NCBI GenBank assembly: GCA_023334545.1
Contig: JAADVB010000001.1
Coordinates: 62,001 to 126,000, forward strand
Length of the DNA: 64,000 nucleotides
Direction of reading: 5' to 3'
Source: Salisapilia sapeloensis CBS 127946
Taxonomy: Eukaryota > Protista > Oomycota
Shown here: positions 60,495 through 64,000 of the stretch, one piece after another
Numbering within the stretch: position 1 is the first letter of the stretch
How the letters are laid out: every line of letters starts with the position of its first letter
Notes under the pieces: model-generated
What the model was told of the DNA's origin: nothing
Databases searched by the model: none
Seen by the model: the letters and a program-made list of their open reading frames with translations, nothing else
Translations under genes and position numbers: made by a program

Positions 60495-60618
60495 TATTGG
60501 CCAATAATATACAAACCTCATTTGATTGGATATAATTTGGTGCGATTTCTTGGTAGCAAACAATCAGAATCAAGGCGAGTGATCGCGAAGGTAGATCTCG
60601 TAGATTGGCTCATTCTGT
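60495..60618 (+). promoter_or_regulatory. PRP8 core promoter with clustered CCAAT/ATTGG boxes and Inr-like TCATTCT
   Basis: TATTGGCCAATA palindrome 60495-60506, ATTGG 60525-60529 and 60604-60608, TCATTCTG immediately before the ATG. Confidence 0.55.
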
Positions 60619-63600
60619 ATGGCTCCACCGCCGCCACCGCCACCAGGGGTACAGCCTCCGCCTCCTGGGTTGGATGTGCCCTCCGGTGCGTCCCAGGCGA
60701 AGAGTGCTGACGAAAAGCATCGACAGGAAATCGAGGAGCGCAGTAAGCGCTGGTCGAAGCTGAATGCCAAGCGTTTCGGTGAAAAACGCAAGTTCGGGTA
60801 CGTCGAGTCCGTTAAGGATGACATGCCGCCAGAGCACGTTCGTAAGATCATCAAGGACCATGGTGACATGAGTTCGCGCAAGTTCCGTCACGATAAACGT
60901 GTCTACTTGGGCGCTCTCAAGTACGTTCCGCATGCTTTATACAAGCTTCTTGAGAACATGCCAATGCCGTGGGAACAGGTCAAGGACGTCAAGGTCTTGT
61001 ATCACATTACAGGCGCGATCACGTTCGTGAACGAAGTGCCGTGGGTCATTGAGCCCGTCTACATTGCGCAGTGGGGAACGATGTGGATCATGATGCGTCG
61101 TGAAAAACGTGATCGTCGACACTTTAAGCGCATGCGGTTCCCGCCATTCGATGATGAAGAGCCACCACTGGACTATGGTGATAACATTCTAGATGTGGAA
61201 CCGCCTGAGGCGATTAACATGGAGCTCGACGAGGACGATGACGCGGATGTCATCGACTGGTTCTATGACTCCAAGCCACTGCTCGACACCAAGCTCGTGA
61301 ACGGTCCAAGCTACCGTCGCTGGCGACTTCCAGTTCCAGTGATGGCAAATCTGCATCGACTCGCAGGCCAACTTATGAGCGATTTAATCGATCCAAACTA
61401 CGAATACCTGTTCGACAAGCAGTCTTTCTTCACTGCCAAAGCGCTTAACGTTGCGATTCCAGGAGGACCCAAGTTCGAGCCCTTGTATCGGGATTTGGAT
61501 GAGGATGATGAAGACTGGAACGAGTTCAACGACATCCACAAAATCATCATTCGCCATCAGATCCGTACAGAGTACAAGGTCGCGTTCCCTTTCCTCTACA
61601 ATGACCGTCCGAGAAGTGTCCACGTGCAGCCGTACCATCGCCCAGCCTTGGTGTACATCAAGACGGAAGACCCGGACCTTCCAGCCTTTTACTTTGATCC
61701 GATCGTGAACCCGATTTCGCACTTCCGTGTCAACCGTGCGTCGGAGAGGCCTGTCGAAGAAGAAGAGGAAGAGGAAGAGCTAGAGCTACCAGTCGGCTTC
61801 TCTCCGCTCTTGTCGGAAGAGCCGTTGTACGATGACGACACAGCTAACGGCATCGCACTATACTGGGCTCCTCGTCCCTTCAACCTCCGCACGGGTCGCA
61901 CTCGTCGTGCGCTGGACGTTCCGCTCGTCAACCGCTGGTTCCTCGAGCACTGTCCGCAAGGTCAGCCTGTGAAAGTGCGCGTGAGTTACCAGAAACTGCT
62001 GAAGTGCTGGGTCCTCAACTCTCTCCATCAACGTGCACCCAAGGCCTTGAACAAAAAGTACTTGCTTAAGTCTCTCAAGTCGACCAAGTTCTTCCAAAGC
62101 ACGGAACTGGACTGGGTCGAAGCTGGACTGCAGGTCTGTCGCCAAGGATACAACATGCTCAACCTGCTCATCCATCGAAAGAACCTAAACTACCTCCATT
62201 TGGACTACAACTTTAACTTGAAACCGATCAAGACGTTGACGACCAAGGAGAGAAAGAAGTCTCGTTTCGGTAACGCCTTCCACCTTACGCGAGAGATTTT
62301 GCGTCTCACCAAGCTCATCGTTGATGCGCACGTGCAGTACCGTCTCGGTAACGTAGATGCGTTCCAACTCGCCGATGGTCTCCAGTACATCTTTGCGCAC
62401 GTAGGACAGCTCACGGGTATGTACCGTTACAAGTACCGTTTGATGCGACAGATCCGCATGACGAAAGACCTCAAGCACTTGATCTACTACCGTTTCAACA
62501 CTGGACCAGTGGGCAAAGGACCTGGCTGTGGCTTCTGGGCACCTGGCTGGCGTGTCTGGCTCTTCTTCTTGCGTGGTATCGTGCCACTGCTTGAGCGTTG
62601 GCTAGGCAACTTGCTCGCACGTCAGTTTGAAGGCCGACACTCAAAGGGTATCGCCAAGACAGTGACCAAGCAGCGTGTCGAGAGTCACTTTGACTTGGAG
62701 CTACGTGCTGCTGTCATGCATGATATCTTGGATATGATGCCAGAAGGTGTCAAGGCGAACAAGTCTCGTACGATCCTCCAGCACTTGTCGGAAGCATGGC
62801 GATGCTGGAAGGCTAACATCCCGTGGAAGGTGCCTGGTCTTCCTGCTCCGATTGAAAACATGATCTTGCGGTACGTTAAGAGCAAAGCCGACTGGTGGAC
62901 AAACGTTGCGCACTACAATCGGGAACGTATTAAGCGTGGCGCAACGGTCGACAAAACTGTGTGCAAGAAGAACCTCGGTCGGCTCACTCGACTGTGGCTC
63001 AAGGCAGAGCAGGAGCGACAGCATAATTACCTCAAGGACGGTCCGTACGTGTCGGCGGAAGAAGCTGTGGCAGTGTACACCACCACTGTCCACTGGCTCG
63101 AGAGTCGCAAGTTCGCGCCGATTCCGTTCCCGCCGCTCTCGTACAAGCACGACACGAAGCTACTCATCCTTGCGTTAGAACGTCTGAAGGAGAACTACGC
63201 TGTGAACAGTCGATTGAACCAATCTCAGCGAGAGGAACTCGGACTGATCGAACAGGCATACGACAACCCACATGAAGCTTTGTCGCGTATCAAGCGCCAT
63301 CTACTCACGCAACGAGCGTTCAAAGAGGTTCATATCGAGTTCATGGACTTGTACAGCCACTTGATCCCCGTGTACGACATTGAACCTTTGGAGAAAATCA
63401 CAGACGCCTACTTGGATCAGTACCTTTGGTACGAAGCCGATAAGCGTCATTTATTCCCGTCTTGGATCAAACCGAGTGACTCGGAACCACCTCCGTTGCT
63501 TGTGTACAAGTGGTGTCAAGGTGTGAACAATTTGGATAATGTGTGGGATACGTCTGAAGGCGAGTGCGTTGTCATGATGGAGTCGAAATTGGAAAAGGTG

Positions 63601-64000
63601 TACGAGAAGATGGACTTGACGCTACTCAATCGTTTGCTACGACTTATTCTCGACCACAACATTGCAGACTACATGACTGCGAAGAACAATGTCGTGCTGG
63701 CGTACAAGGATATGATGCACACGAACTCGTACGGTCTTTTACGTGGTCTACAGTTTGGATCCTTCATCTTCCAGTACTATGGCCTCATCCTCGATCTGCT
63801 ACTACTTGGCCTCACACGTGCGTCAGAGCTTGCTGGTCCACCAGAGATGCCGAACGACTACTTGTCTTTCCGTGATACAGACACCGAGACACGTCATCCC
63901 ATCCGACTCTACACGCGTTACATCGATCGCATCTTTATCCTCTTCCGCTTCGATGCAGAAGACTCTCGCGATCTCATCCAGCGGTACTTGACGGAGCATC
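60619..64000 (+). CDS. PRP8: Pre-mRNA splicing factor PRP8, N-terminal ~1127 codons (truncated by window end)
   Basis: [10 protein letters not shown]...[18 protein letters not shown]...[38 protein letters not shown]; [11 protein letters not shown]; [14 protein letters not shown]; intron-free in the stretch read. Confidence 0.97.
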   Translation, partial: MAPPPPPPPGVQPPPPGLDVPSGASQAKSADEKHRQEIEERSKRWSKLNAKRFGEKRKFGYVESVKDDMPPEHVRKIIKDHGDMSSRKFRHDKRVYLGALKYVPHALYKLLENMPMPWEQVKDVKVLYHITGAITFVNEVPWVIEPVYIAQWGTMWIMMRREKRDRRHFKRMRFPPFDDEEPPLDYGDNILDVEPPEAINMELDEDDDADVIDWFYDSKPLLDTKLVNGPSYRRWRLPVPVMANLHRLAGQLMSDLIDPNYEYLFDKQSFFTAKALNVAIPGGPKFEPLYRDLDEDDEDWNEFNDIHKIIIRHQIRTEYKVAFPFLYNDRPRSVHVQPYHRPALVYIKTEDPDLPAFYFDPIVNPISHFRVNRASERPVEEEEEEEELELPVGFSPLLSEEPLYDDDTANGIALYWAPRPFNLRTGRTRRALDVPLVNRWFLEHCPQGQPVKVRVSYQKLLKCWVLNSLHQRAPKALNKKYLLKSLKSTKFFQSTELDWVEAGLQVCRQGYNMLNLLIHRKNLNYLHLDYNFNLKPIKTLTTKERKKSRFGNAFHLTREILRLTKLIVDAHVQYRLGNVDAFQLADGLQYIFAHVGQLTGMYRYKYRLMRQIRMTKDLKHLIYYRFNTGPVGKGPGCGFWAPGWRVWLFFLRGIVPLLERWLGNLLARQFEGRHSKGIAKTVTKQRVESHFDLELRAAVMHDILDMMPEGVKANKSRTILQHLSEAWRCWKANIPWKVPGLPAPIENMILRYVKSKADWWTNVAHYNRERIKRGATVDKTVCKKNLGRLTRLWLKAEQERQHNYLKDGPYVSAEEAVAVYTTTVHWLESRKFAPIPFPPLSYKHDTKLLILALERLKENYAVNSRLNQSQREELGLIEQAYDNPHEALSRIKRHLLTQRAFKEVHIEFMDLYSHLIPVYDIEPLEKITDAYLDQYLWYEADKRHLFPSWIKPSDSEPPPLLVYKWCQGVNNLDNVWDTSEGECVVMMESKLEKVYEKMDLTLLNRLLRLILDHNIADYMTAKNNVVLAYKDMMHTNSYGLLRGLQFGSFIFQYYGLILDLLLLGLTRASELAGPPEMPNDYLSFRDTDTETRHPIRLYTRYIDRIFILFRFDAEDSRDLIQRYLTEH

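Noticed and set aside
60619-64000. PRP8 intein
   Set aside because: Known PRP8 intein sites lie further C-terminal than the ~1127 codons present; none was seen in this part.

Overview
Gene-dense eukaryotic DNA, most consistent with an oomycete: it has a GPCR-PIP kinase fusion carrying the LR(x)9GI motif, short GT-AG introns (mostly ~45-65 nt) with CTAAC-like branch sites, and CCAAT/TCATTY promoter elements. About 27 protein-coding genes are supported. Three are missing from, or only fragmentary in, the ORF track: (i) a giant secreted or surface IPT/TIG-repeat protein on the minus strand (>3,950 aa, running off position 1), (ii) PRP8, running off position 64000, and (iii) a small three-exon basic protein at ~31.2-31.8 kb. 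The rest is mostly housekeeping: SPT6, TFIP11, TFIIE-beta, two tandem MRS2/CorA transporters, BET1, PP2C, UXS1, a TPT-family transporter, NF-YC, a CTL/SLC44 transporter, an HSF, mitochondrial AsnRS, a TKL kinase, PDI, MED14 and EF1B-gamma. A gene-sparse, AT-richer island (~45.8-49.8 kb) holds two secreted S1 protease paralogs, one with an intact triad and one with Asp102->Asn plus Gly193->Arg, resembling a protease/pseudoprotease (GIP-like) pair. Other notable items are a YbjQ/UPF0145 protein with a mitochondrial presequence and a ~125-aa insertion in TFIIE-beta. No rRNA, tRNA, CRISPR array or intact mobile element was recognised. All calls come from manual reading and translation; no database searches were run.
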